Assembly: GCA_963716725.1 (NCBI GenBank)
Contig: CAVQUB010000013.1
Coordinates: 128,001-192,000 of the forward strand
DNA: 64,000 nt
Source: an uncultured delta proteobacterium
Lineage (GTDB): Bacteria > Myxococcota_A > Polyangia > Polyangiales > Polyangiaceae
Direction of reading: 5' to 3'
A program made the position numbers and the translations under genes. The notes beneath the pieces are model-generated. The model searched no databases. It had not been told where the DNA came from and saw only the letters and a list, made by a program, of their open reading frames with translations. Below, piece after piece: positions 32,417-42,459 of the stretch. Positions within the stretch are counted from its first letter, which is position 1; each line of letters opens with the position of its first letter.

Positions 32417-32707
32417 TCACGGTGCCGGAGGCTTGGGCTTGTGCTTCGGATTGTCGGCCCAGGCCTTCGCCTTGCCGATCTCGGCTCGACCCTTCTTCAG
32501 GTGGATGATCGCCTTCAGGCGGTGGCCACCGAAGGCCGGAACGACGCCGGGGTTCTCCGCGGCCTCGAGGAGCGCGATGGCCTTGACCACCGCCGCGTCG
32601 GCGTCGTCGAGACGCTGATCGGCCGCGAGCGCGATGCTCGCGTACGTAGCTCCAACGAGCGTGAGCGCACCCAGAGTCCAACGACGACGCTTCGATCCAT
32701 CTTTCAT
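32417..32707 (-). CDS. Small secreted helical protein
   Basis: Signal peptide KRRRWTLGALTLVGATYASIALA; GGAGG RBS. Confidence 0.65.
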   Translation of the reverse strand: MKDGSKRRRWTLGALTLVGATYASIALAADQRLDDADAAVVKAIALLEAAENPGVVPAFGGHRLKAIIHLKKGRAEIGKAKAWADNPKHKPKPPAP

Positions 32708-32977
32708 CTGATTCCTCCCAGTCCAACTGCCTACGCGGCGAGGCATCTTACTCACGGCGTACCCGCGAGCCTTCCTGTATTGACGTATTTTTGTGTGTGT
32801 TTGTCAGGTGTCCTACTCTCAGGTACGAGGGCCGCCGACACCAGAAAGGTGCTCCCCTGTGGGCGTGGGACCGAGGGTCAACCACCAACTTTTTCCGAGC
32901 TCTGGCATACCGCGGAATGGACCGGCGTAACATCACCCGTAAGGGCGTTCGAACCGACTGCGTTGATCGAACGTCTG

Positions 32978-34405
32978 ATGCAGACCATGCCCGTCGCTGA
33001 ACACGTCACGGACCGCGCGGAAGCCCGCATCGGCACCCTGTTGCGTGGCAAATGGCGGCTGGAGCGGATCGTGGGAGTGGGAGGCATGGCAACGGTATTT
33101 GCCGCCACCCACCGCAACAAATCACGGGTTGCTATCAAGATCCTCCACCCCGAGCTGGCCATCGACGCCGAGGTGACCGCTCGCTTCTTGCGCGAAGGCT
33201 ACGTCGCCAACGCGGTCGATCATCCGGGGACAGCCAAGGTCATCGACGACGACGTGACCGACGACGGCGCGCCCTTCTTGGTGATGGAGCTGCTCCAAGG
33301 TGAGACTCTCGACGCCCGCCTCGAACGGAAGGGTCGGCTGGACACCGCCGAAGTGCTGGCCGTCGCCAACCAGATCCTGGACGTGCTCGAAGCCGCCCAC
33401 GAGCGCGGCGTCGTGCACCGCGACCTCAAACCCGAGAACCTGTTTCTGACTCGAGAGGGCGAGCTCAAGATCCTCGACTTTGGCATTGCCCGCCTGCGCG
33501 AGCTCACGCCCGACGGCAGCTCGACCCGGGCGGGCTCGCTGCTCGGAACTCCCGCGTTCATGGCGCCGGAGCAGGCCCGCGGCCGCTGGGACGACGTCGA
33601 CGCCCGTACCGACATCTGGGCGGTGGGGGCCACGATGTTCAGCCTGCTCACCGGTCGCCACGTGCACGAGGCGGAGACCGTGCAAGAGCAGCTGATCAAG
33701 AGCGCCACGGTCGCGGCGCCGTCATTGGCCGAGGTCTTGCCGAGCGCCAGCGACTCCGTGGTCGCCCTCGTCGATCGCTCGCTGGCCTTCGATCGGATGA
33801 AGCGCTTCGACAACGCCCGGGACATGCGCTTGGCGCTGCTCGGTGCGGTCGGGCTCTCGGAGAACGATGCCGCGCTGTCGCTGCCCACGCCGTCGTCGCC
33901 CGGCTTGATGGACGCGCTGACCTTGGTTGCGCCCCCCGAGCTGGCCAGCGTCATCACCGGTCAGAGCTTCATACAGGCGCCGGCGTATTCGACCGCGCGC
34001 CCGGTGACCACAGGGGTCTCGACCGCGACCCGCGCCCGCCGGCCGGGGCTGCTGCTGGCGAGCGCCGCGACCGTGGCCATCGTGCTGTTCGGCGGCGGCA
34101 TCGCCTGGTACGCCGGACATCGCATCGCCGCTGCGGAGCCGGTCGGGGCCGCCCCACCCACGCCGGTCCCCACGCAGACCAAGATCGAGCCCGGGCCGGA
34201 TCCCTTGGAAGCGCCGGTCCCTACCGTCACCGTGACGCCCACGCAAGCCGCCCCAGGCCCTTCTGCAGAGCCCAAGCGCGTCGTCAAACCGCCCACCAAG
34301 CCGACCTCGACGCCGGCGCCGGTCACTTCGTCAGCGCCGCCAAGCACGGTGACGCAGGTGCCCTCGAAGCCTCCAACCACCAACCCCTTCGACAAACGAC
34401 TATAG
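32978..34405 (+). CDS. Membrane Ser/Thr protein kinase
   Basis: GVGGMATV, VAIK, HRDLKPEN, DFG, APE, TM segment, Pro/Thr tail. Confidence 0.95.
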   Translation: MQTMPVAEHVTDRAEARIGTLLRGKWRLERIVGVGGMATVFAATHRNKSRVAIKILHPELAIDAEVTARFLREGYVANAVDHPGTAKVIDDDVTDDGAPFLVMELLQGETLDARLERKGRLDTAEVLAVANQILDVLEAAHERGVVHRDLKPENLFLTREGELKILDFGIARLRELTPDGSSTRAGSLLGTPAFMAPEQARGRWDDVDARTDIWAVGATMFSLLTGRHVHEAETVQEQLIKSATVAAPSLAEVLPSASDSVVALVDRSLAFDRMKRFDNARDMRLALLGAVGLSENDAALSLPTPSSPGLMDALTLVAPPELASVITGQSFIQAPAYSTARPVTTGVSTATRARRPGLLLASAATVAIVLFGGGIAWYAGHRIAAAEPVGAAPPTPVPTQTKIEPGPDPLEAPVPTVTVTPTQAAPGPSAEPKRVVKPPTKPTSTPAPVTSSAPPSTVTQVPSKPPTTNPFDKRL

Positions 34406-35325
34406 TGGGCGACGTGCGAAGGCTGTTGCTCGTGGCGGCGTTGGTCGCAGTTTCATCGGGGGCACTCGCTCAGGGCCGCGACGCGACCACGGCCGAGGTG
34501 CTGTTCGACGAAGGCCGCGAGGCGGTGAGGGCAGGCGACTACCCGCGGGCTTGCGCCAAGTTCCGCGAGAGCAACCGCCTGGACCCCGCACCGGGAACGG
34601 TGCTGAACCTGGCCGACTGCGAAGAGAGACTGGGGCGGGTGGCCACTGCTTGGACGCTGTACCGTGAGGTCACGCAGCGCGTGCCAGCGTCGGACGAACG
34701 CCATGGCATCGCGCTCGCGCGCGCGAAGGCGCTCGCGCCCAAACTGCCGAAGCTGACCGTGGCGCTCGCGCCCGGTTCGCCCGTCGGCACCCGCGTGCTC
34801 CGCGACGGCGTCGAGCTCGGCGCCGCGGCGCTCGAGACCGCTCTGCCCGTCGATCCGGGCGCTCACACCATCGTGGTCGAAGCGCCCGGCCGGCAGAAGA
34901 GTTCTCGACAGGTGTCGCTGAGCGAAGCTCAGAGCGAGCGGGTGGTGGTGAGCGCTGGGCCCAAGGCCCCAGGGGCTCCGGGGGCGGATCGCCCCAAGGC
35001 CAGCAGCTCGAAGCGCACCTGGGGCTGGGTGCTCACCGGCGTCGGGGCCGCGGGCCTGTCGGTCGGCACCGTCACCGGCCTGATGGTGCTCGGCGAGAAG
35101 CGCCGCGTGGACGACAACTGCGATCCCGACAAGCGCTGCAACCAGACCGGCATGGATGCCGTCGACTCCGGCCGCACGCTCGGCACCGTGTCCGGCGCGA
35201 GCTTAATCGTCGGTGGCCTGGCGCTGGCCGGCGGAGTGTTCCTGCTCGTGAGCGGCTCGGAAAAACAGCCCGAGACCGCGCTGCATGTCGGGCCGGGCTG
35301 GGTCGGCGCCGTACGGCACTTCTGA
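34405..35325 (+). CDS. TPR + PEGA-like domain protein with C-terminal hydrophobic segments
   Basis: AEVLFDEGR...ACAKFRESNRLDP; PVDPGAHTIVVEAPG; overlaps the kinase stop. Confidence 0.85.
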   Translation: MGDVRRLLLVAALVAVSSGALAQGRDATTAEVLFDEGREAVRAGDYPRACAKFRESNRLDPAPGTVLNLADCEERLGRVATAWTLYREVTQRVPASDERHGIALARAKALAPKLPKLTVALAPGSPVGTRVLRDGVELGAAALETALPVDPGAHTIVVEAPGRQKSSRQVSLSEAQSERVVVSAGPKAPGAPGADRPKASSSKRTWGWVLTGVGAAGLSVGTVTGLMVLGEKRRVDDNCDPDKRCNQTGMDAVDSGRTLGTVSGASLIVGGLALAGGVFLLVSGSEKQPETALHVGPGWVGAVRHF

Positions 35326-35412
35326 CTTGGGTACGCTCGATCTGACGGTGGCGCCGGCCAAGCTCGCACTGCGCGGGTCCTCCAACCTGATAGGCTACCG
35401 ACCAAGGAGCCC

Positions 35413-35748
35413 ATGACCTTCGAAGAACGACAAGATTGCCTGAAAGCCGGCCGCAACGACCCGTGCCCTTGTGGCTCGGGCAAGAAGTACAAGAAGTGTC
35501 ATCAGTCCGAGGACGAGCAAGCCGTGCACGTCGAGCTCAAGCGACGCGAGCAAGCGGCCAAGGACGCCGCCGCCGCTGCCCTCGCGGCAGGCGAAGACGA
35601 AGACGGACCCAACGCCGGCGGCAAAGACGGTGGCGCAGGCGGCCGTGCCCAGCCCGGGGATCGCGGCCGGCTCCAGTCGGGGTCGGGTTCGAGGGATCGC
35701 TCCCTGAACACGACTGCCAAGAACATGCCGCGCCGCAAGGCGGTTTGA
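35413..35748 (+). CDS. SEC-C motif protein
   Basis: [27 protein letters not shown]. Confidence 0.85.
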   Translation: MTFEERQDCLKAGRNDPCPCGSGKKYKKCHQSEDEQAVHVELKRREQAAKDAAAAALAAGEDEDGPNAGGKDGGAGGRAQPGDRGRLQSGSGSRDRSLNTTAKNMPRRKAV

Positions 35749-36217
35749 CCGGGAGCGCCGGCCATCGATCCGGCTCGTGGTCGGATGTCTGGACGGCGAT
35801 CCGCAAACACATCGCTTCGCCGGAGGCCCGGCGGACGATGGAGTTCGAACTGAGCTCTGCGAGCCGCACGACAGTCGGCGACCCCTACGCGGCGGAGCTC
35901 CGCTGCCAGTGGTGAACAACCTCGACAGCCGGTCGCCGGGGCGGCTCACGCCGGGATGTTCAGGGTCGCACAACCGTCGTTCTTGGAGTCGTCGTCCGTG
36001 ACCACGACCACGTACTTCTTCACGCCGGGGCGCAGCATGAACTTGTAAGCTGGGAAGAGCTTCACCAGTTGCGCGGCGGCATCCACGCTCTCGATGGCGG
36101 CGAGCGGGTGGTGCCAGAAGTGCGGTAGCGCTTGTGCTCGCACGAGATCGACACGGACCACCGAGAGGCTTGCGCCCGCGAGCCCGCCCGCCGCCCGCCA
36201 CCCCTTGGCCCGCAGCG

Positions 36218-36606
36218 TCATTGGTCGTGTTTTTGGCTATGCTGTTCGGATGCGAGTCGCGCCACGCTGGGGTGCCGCGGGTATTTTCGTGCAGGCGGCC
36301 GCCTGCGAAGAGAGCGCCACGGACGCCGCGGGGTCGTCGGCCGGTGGCAGCGGCGCCCAGGTCGGATCCACCGGTGGCGCTTTCGGCCTGGGCGGGGGAG
36401 CAGGTGCGTCCAGCGACGAGAGCAGCGATTCGGACAACGGCGGCAGCGCCTATCCCTCCGGCCCTCACGGCACGCAGGTGGGCGACGTGCTCGCGAACAT
36501 GAACCTGCTCGGCTACCTGCGCGACGCGACCACAGGGCTCGCCAGCGAAGCCGGGCTCGCTCCGCTGAGCTTCGCTTCCGCAGGCGTATGCTGGCGGGCC
36601 TCATGA
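36218..36606 (+). pseudogene. N-terminal remnant of a myxobacterial redoxin-like lipoprotein
   Basis: AAAC, Gly linker, YPSGPHGTQVGDVLAN; no CxxC domain follows. Confidence 0.45.
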
Positions 36607-38690
36607 GCCCCGTCGCCGCAGTCGAGATCCTCAGCTCGCTCCTGGCGGTCTGGGTGCTGATGGCGCTCAACCGCCGTGACCCCGACTCCGCGCTTCGATA
36701 CTGGGCCGTCTCGTTCGCGCTCCAAGCCGTCACGACGGCAACCGTCGCCCACAAGCTCGTGGGCCCCGAGCTCCCCGCGCTCACAACGCTCGGTGGCGTT
36801 GCCGCCGGCATCGGCGCGATGTTCTTGGTCTGGGGTACGCTGAAGTACTTGCAGCGCCCGCCGTCGCGCGCCTGGCTCGTCGCTCCGCCTGCGCTCTTGG
36901 TCGTTTCCGTCGTCGCCGTCGCGCTCGAGCTCCCCTTCACGGTCAGAGCTGCGCCGGTCGTGCTGGCCCTGGGCGGCAGCCTGGTTTTCGTGGGCGTCGC
37001 CGTGTTGCGGGACTGGTCGCGTGCGGTCGGCGCACGAGTCGCCGGCCTAGGCCTGACGCTCTACGGGCTCCACAGTTTCGACTACGTCGTCGTCGCCCAG
37101 ATGCCCAGATTGCTCCCCTGGGGGCACGCGCTCGCCGCATTCCTCCAGGTGATGATCTGCGTTGGCTTCGTCCTTCTGTATTTCGAGCGCGCCCGCGCCC
37201 GGCTCGCGCAGCAAGAAGCTCACTACCGCGCGTTGTTCGAAAACGCGGTCGTCGGGATCTTCGTTGCCCGCGCGGACGGCACCCTGGTGGCCGCAAACCG
37301 CTCCCTCGAGGGCCTGATCGCGGGCAGTGGGTCCCTCGACGGTCGCGACCTTCGCGCGTTCTTCGAACAGGCCTCGGACTTCGATCCGCTCTTCGAGGGC
37401 AGCGGCGCGAGCACGACCCTCCGCTGGAAGGCCGATGACGGTCGGCTCCTCGATGTCCAGGTGCACACCCGGCGGGTCGAGCAGCCCGAGGGAGCGGTGA
37501 TCGAGGGCGTGGTCGTCGACCTGACGCGCATGGCGCACCTCGAACGCCACTTGGACCAGGTCCAACGCGCGGCGGTCCTAGGCCAGCTGGCGGGAGGCAT
37601 CGCGCACGACATCAACAACGTGCTCACCGTGGTGCTTGCCAATGCGGAGATGCTCAGCAGGACGACCCAGCCTCGACCCGAAACGAGCCGGCTGGTGGAC
37701 GGCATCCGGCAAGCAACCCGGCAGGGAGCCGGGTTGACGCGACAGCTCCTGACCTTCACCCGGCGGCACCCCGCAGTGATGGAGTCCTTCGAACTCGGAC
37801 CACGAGTCGGCGATGCCGTCCGGATGCTGGAGCCCTCGCTGGGGGAGCAGATCGTCGTCGAACTGGATTTGCCAACCACCGGCTGCGGCATCCACGCCGA
37901 TCCTCGGCTCGTCGAGCAGCTCGTCGTCAACTTGGTGATCAACGCCCGCGATGCGATGACGAGTGGCGGCCGCTTGACGGTGCGAGTGGGGGCGACGGAT
38001 GCGTCCCACTCCGTGCCGGCCGCGGAGCGGGTCGTCCTCGAAGTGACGGACACCGGCATGGGGATGACTCCGGAGACGGCCAAGCGTGTCTTCGAGCCCT
38101 TCTTCTCGACGAAGGAACAGGGCACCGGTCTCGGGTTGGCAGTCGTTCAGCGGGTGGTCGAGCAGTCCTCGGGCACGATCAGCCTCGACAGCGAGGAGGC
38201 AAGAGGCACGACCTTTCGGGTGTCTTTCCCCAAGGTACAGGTCGATGCCGGCGCCAAGGCCCTTCGCGCGGAGCGGGGCTCGGGCGCCGGGGTCGCCGCT
38301 CGGGTCCTCGTGGTCGAGGACCGCGAGGACGTGCGCGATGTGATTCGCGAAACGATGCGGGAGGCTGGCTTCAATGTCATCGCGCCGGAGACGCCCGGTG
38401 AAGCCATCGCGCAATTGAACGATGGCTTGGTCGTGGATCTGCTGATCACCGACGTGCGCATGCCGGACTTCTCGGGTCCGCAGGTCGCGGACGCCTTGCA
38501 TGCGCGCTCAGCTGAGGTTCCGGTGATTTTCGTATCCGGGTACTCCGATGAGGAGGGCCTCTTGACCTCCCGCGACCCGAACCTCGTCCGCTTCATTCCC
38601 AAACCCTTCACACCCGACGCCCTGGTCGGTAGCGCCCGCGAGCTGCTCGCGCTCGCGTGCAGTTCAGCCAGGAGTGCGAGGCGGGGCTAG
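36603..38690 (+). CDS. Multi-TM PAS hybrid histidine kinase with receiver domain
   Basis: About seven TM segments, PAS, AHDINNVL, NLVINARDAM, GTGLGL, TDVRMPD. Confidence 0.92.
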   Translation: MSPVAAVEILSSLLAVWVLMALNRRDPDSALRYWAVSFALQAVTTATVAHKLVGPELPALTTLGGVAAGIGAMFLVWGTLKYLQRPPSRAWLVAPPALLVVSVVAVALELPFTVRAAPVVLALGGSLVFVGVAVLRDWSRAVGARVAGLGLTLYGLHSFDYVVVAQMPRLLPWGHALAAFLQVMICVGFVLLYFERARARLAQQEAHYRALFENAVVGIFVARADGTLVAANRSLEGLIAGSGSLDGRDLRAFFEQASDFDPLFEGSGASTTLRWKADDGRLLDVQVHTRRVEQPEGAVIEGVVVDLTRMAHLERHLDQVQRAAVLGQLAGGIAHDINNVLTVVLANAEMLSRTTQPRPETSRLVDGIRQATRQGAGLTRQLLTFTRRHPAVMESFELGPRVGDAVRMLEPSLGEQIVVELDLPTTGCGIHADPRLVEQLVVNLVINARDAMTSGGRLTVRVGATDASHSVPAAERVVLEVTDTGMGMTPETAKRVFEPFFSTKEQGTGLGLAVVQRVVEQSSGTISLDSEEARGTTFRVSFPKVQVDAGAKALRAERGSGAGVAARVLVVEDREDVRDVIRETMREAGFNVIAPETPGEAIAQLNDGLVVDLLITDVRMPDFSGPQVADALHARSAEVPVIFVSGYSDEEGLLTSRDPNLVRFIPKPFTPDALVGSARELLALACSSARSARRG

Positions 38691-38697
38691 CGCGGCG

Positions 38698-39351
38698 CTA
38701 GCCCTGTTCGATCGCGATACGATCGAGCTCGGCGCGGCTCAGATGCTGCTGCGCGAGGCCGAAGATGATGTTCTCTTCGCGGAAAATGTGCAGCCGCAAA
38801 TGCTCGACCAGGACGCGGCACTGACGGACTCCCCACGCCAGCGCGACCTTCCCGGAATCCGGATCGGGCAAACGCTTGAAGAGGCCGATGAACGCGCACG
38901 CCGCCGCGGTGTGCTGAATGTCCTTGACGTGGTCGTCCTCGAGCACGTCGACCCCGGTGCGCTTGTCCGCCGAGCCAGCGTGCTCCCCGGACGCGATCAG
39001 GCGCTCCCTCAACAGCGGGAAGAGCTTGCGCTCCTCCCGGCGATGGTGCGGCGTGATCTCGGCGTCCATGAACGCGAAAAACTTCGTGAGGACCGCCCCG
39101 GCTTCCGGACTCATTCCGGTCTTCTCGATCTCCGCGAGCGCGGTCTCGAGCATGCCCAGCTGCTCCCCGATGTTGCGGTGGTCGTCGACGAGCCGCTTCA
39201 GAAATGGGTGGAGAGCGTCGTAGTCGAGCGCGACCGTCGCGGGCGGCGCGTAGGCGTCCGGTGGCTCCATGGGTGAGAGCTCGTCGCCGCCGGCGTCCTT
39301 GTCCACGTTGCGGTGCAAGGGATCCGTCTCGGCGAGCTTGCGCATGTCCAT
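38698..39351 (-). CDS. Hemerythrin-like (HHE) domain protein
   Basis: DDH...HHRREERKLFP...DDH...HIFREENIIF. Confidence 0.85.
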   Translation of the reverse strand: MDMRKLAETDPLHRNVDKDAGGDELSPMEPPDAYAPPATVALDYDALHPFLKRLVDDHRNIGEQLGMLETALAEIEKTGMSPEAGAVLTKFFAFMDAEITPHHRREERKLFPLLRERLIASGEHAGSADKRTGVDVLEDDHVKDIQHTAAACAFIGLFKRLPDPDSGKVALAWGVRQCRVLVEHLRLHIFREENIIFGLAQQHLSRAELDRIAIEQG

Positions 39352-39509
39352 GATGCCGGGTGCATACCACCGCGAGGGCGACGACACCCGAGAAAGTCCA
39401 GACCCACGCATGGACAACGCTTGGACGCGCGCGCTCAGAAATCACGCAACCCAGTCCGACACGGTGCCGAGTGGACCGCTGCTCAGATCGAGCAGAAGGA
39501 CTCCAATAC

Positions 39510-40910
39510 ATGTCACCAAGGACCATCAGCCACCCATCATTTCTAATCGCCGCGGCTCTGAGCTTTGCGCTGGCCTGCACCGGCGGCGACGACTTCGAGC
39601 CCAGCGATGAAAGCAACACCGGGGGGGCATCGGCGGCTGGCGGCAGCGGCGGAACCCAAGCATCCGGCGGCTCTGGCGGCGGTTCCAGCGGGGGCGCTGG
39701 CGGCTCGTCGGGATCCACGGGGAGCGGCGGCGTAGGCGCCTCCGGTGGCAGCGGTGGCAGCGGTGGCAGCGGTGGCAGCGGTGGAAACCCGAGCGGCAAC
39801 CCCGACGGCACCGGCTGCGTGGTGAATAGCGAGTGCAGCAGCGGGATTTGCGCCGACGGCGTCTGTTGCCAGACCGCCTGCGACGGCGAGTGCTCCAGCT
39901 GCAACCTGCCGGGCCAAGCCGGCACCTGTTCGCCGCACGCGGCCGACACCAACCCCGAGGGCGGCTGCCTCGGCGGCGCCACGGCCTCCGGCGCGTGCAC
40001 GGGCACCTGCGACGGCAAGGGCGCGTGCAAGTTGCCCGGCGCCGAGAAGCTCTGTGGCGCGACGGCCTGCTCGAGCGGCAATCAAACCGGAAGCTCCTGC
40101 GACGGCAAGGGGATCTGCGCGACCCAGCAGGTGCCTTGCTCGCCCTATGTGTGCGGCGCTAGCGCCTGCAAGGCGGCGTGCAGCGCGGATGCGGACTGCG
40201 TGGCTGGGCACTTTTGCAAGACCGGCGCCTGCACGGCGAAACAGGAGCTCGGGGTCGCGTGCTCCGCGGGCAATCAGTGCAAGAGCAACAACTGCGTCGA
40301 TGGCTCGTGCTGCTCCAGTGCGAACTGCGGCGCCAGCTTCTCGTGCAGCACCGGGACGTGCAAGTGCAACGGACAGACCTGCGCCACCGGCGACGCCTGC
40401 ATTGCCTGGTACGAGGACGCCGACGCGGATGGCTTTGGTGACAAGACGAAGACCGTGAGCGGCTGCTCGAGCAAAGCGCCGGTCGCCGCCGGCAAGACCT
40501 ACGTCAAAGACGCCACCGACTGCTTCGACTCGAACAAGAACGCCCACCCCGGTCAGACCGCGTTCTTCACCGCGCCGCTGAGCAACGGCAGCTACGACTA
40601 CGACTGCAACGGCAGCGACGACCAGAAATTCAAGGACATCGGGACCGGCAAGTGCGTGGACTGCAGCGCACCCAACGAGAGCTTTTGCGGCATTCCTGAG
40701 GTCAAGTGCGGCTTTGCGCTCATGGGCGGAGGGACCCTCGAGAGCATGGGCTTCGACTGCAACCTCCCGAACTACTGCGGGGGCCCCAAGACCACCGAGG
40801 GCTTCGTGACCAACGTGCCCTGCGGCGGCTCCGCCGACCTCAAGCGCTGCTTCGCTTGTGCCCAGAGCACCCCGGCCAGCCAGGGCTCGACCCAGCAACA
40901 GTGCCGCTGA
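39510..40910 (+). CDS. Cys-rich extracellular lipoprotein
   Basis: ALAC lipobox, Gly linker, CADGVCC, WYEDADADGFG, YDYDCNG. Confidence 0.85.
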   Translation: MSPRTISHPSFLIAAALSFALACTGGDDFEPSDESNTGGASAAGGSGGTQASGGSGGGSSGGAGGSSGSTGSGGVGASGGSGGSGGSGGSGGNPSGNPDGTGCVVNSECSSGICADGVCCQTACDGECSSCNLPGQAGTCSPHAADTNPEGGCLGGATASGACTGTCDGKGACKLPGAEKLCGATACSSGNQTGSSCDGKGICATQQVPCSPYVCGASACKAACSADADCVAGHFCKTGACTAKQELGVACSAGNQCKSNNCVDGSCCSSANCGASFSCSTGTCKCNGQTCATGDACIAWYEDADADGFGDKTKTVSGCSSKAPVAAGKTYVKDATDCFDSNKNAHPGQTAFFTAPLSNGSYDYDCNGSDDQKFKDIGTGKCVDCSAPNESFCGIPEVKCGFALMGGGTLESMGFDCNLPNYCGGPKTTEGFVTNVPCGGSADLKRCFACAQSTPASQGSTQQQCR

Positions 40911-41009
40911 TCCCAAACGACCCTGAACGCGCCGTATCCCGCTCGAGGGACGGCGCGTTCGCCTTTTGTGTTGCCGCGCGGCGGCGGCGCCAGCAGCGTC
41001 GACCGCGAC

Positions 41010-41622
41010 GTGAGACCGCTCTGGCCACTCTGTGCGCTCGCCCTGGCCTGCGCGCCCCTGCCCTCGCCGCGGCAGCCGCGCCCGGGTGAGATCGAGCACA
41101 TCGTGGCCGTGCAACCCGACCCGGGGCAGCGCGCCGGCATCTTGCTGCTGGCAGTTCCACGGCGAGCTCCTGCGCACCGGTGATCTCTTCGCGGTGCTCG
41201 ACGAGAACGGATACCGAGGGCTCGTGCGCACCCGCCGCCACGCGAGCATGGACTGCGACCACTGCCCGGGACCCCTCGTCGAGGCCGAGCTCGAATCCGG
41301 TCAGGGGCCCAAATCGGTCGGCACCATCGCGGTCGGCCCGGTCGAGGGCGCGCTGCCGAAGGCGCGCATCGAGCGGGTCGCGCGCGGAGCGGCGCCCAGC
41401 GCGACCTGGCGGCCAACGCTGCAGGTCGATCTCGACGGCGACGGGAAGTGGGACTGGGTCGAGGTGGAACGTTGCGGACACGCGGTTCCGACAAGCTGCG
41501 CTGGCTCCAGCGAGGTCTGCGACATGTTCTGCACGGCCGTCGCCCGCGCTGGCAAGGAGCCCGACCCTGCGCTGATGCGCTGTCGCTCCGTCGTTCCCGA
41601 TCTCGAAGACTGCGCTCCTTGA
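41010..41622 (+). CDS. Hypothetical lipoprotein (one frameshift near 41158)
   Basis: VRPLWPLCALALAC in one frame; GELLRTGDLF...DLDGDGKWD in the next. Confidence 0.55.
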
Positions 41623-41655
41623 CGTCGGGAGACATCGAAGACAAGTTGCTCCGCG

Positions 41656-42408
41656 ATGATCAAGGTTGGCGACCGCGCTCCGGACTTCACCCTCGCAGAC
41701 CACCTCGGCCGCAAGCTGAGCCTCGCGGATTTTCGTGGCAAGCGACACGTGATGCTCCTGTTTTACCCGCTGGACTTCACCCCTACTTGAAGCCGCGAAG
41801 TACCAGCGCTGGAAGCGCTGGCAGGCCGCTTCGCTCGAGCCAATACGCAACCGCTGGGGTTGAGCGTAGACAGCGTGCACTCGCACGCGAATTGGGCCGC
41901 CGGCTTGGGCGGCGTCTCGTTCCCGCTCCTCGCTGACTTCCATCCCAAGGGCGCCGTCGCGTCGGCGTACGGCCTGTACCTGGAGGCCTTGGGCATCACC
42001 GATCGCGCCACCGTGATCATCGACGCCGACGGCATCGTGCAGCATGCGTCCTCGGTGACGCCAGCCGGAAGCCGCGACATCGCCGAGCTCGCCGCGCTCT
42101 GCGAGGCGGTCAACGCGAAACACTCGGGACCGCTCACGCCCCCAGTCGCGCCGCCCGGCGTGGCTGGAGCGACGCTGTTCGTGAAGACCAACTGCGGATT
42201 TTCCCGGACCGCCCTCGCCGCGCGCACCAACCTGCACCTGGAGTCGGGCCTGAACGTGAAGAACGTCAGCGAAGATCCGGCAGCGCTGGCCGAGCTCGCG
42301 AAGCTCACCGGAAAAGAGCAGGTCCCCGCCCTCGTCTTGGACGGCGAAGTCACGCTCGAGACGCCGGTGATCGTAGCGAAGCTGGTGTCCCGAGCCACGA
42401 GCCTGTGA
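41656..42408 (+). CDS. Selenocysteine peroxiredoxin (AhpC/TSA) fused to a glutaredoxin-like domain
   Basis: MIKVGDRAPDFTL...FYPLDFTPT-TGA(41788)-SRE continues in frame into ORF 41860-42408 (SVDS..SH..W, FPLLADF, RATVIID, CGFS). Confidence 0.88.
41803..41821 (+). promoter_or_regulatory. Candidate SECIS hairpin
   Basis: CCAGCGCT-GGA-AGCGCTGG, a perfect 8-bp stem starting 12 nt after the in-frame UGA. Confidence 0.65.
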
Positions 42409-42459
42409 GCTCGCCGCGACGGCGGCGCGACCCCGCGCCGCGTGCTAGCCTCGGCGACC

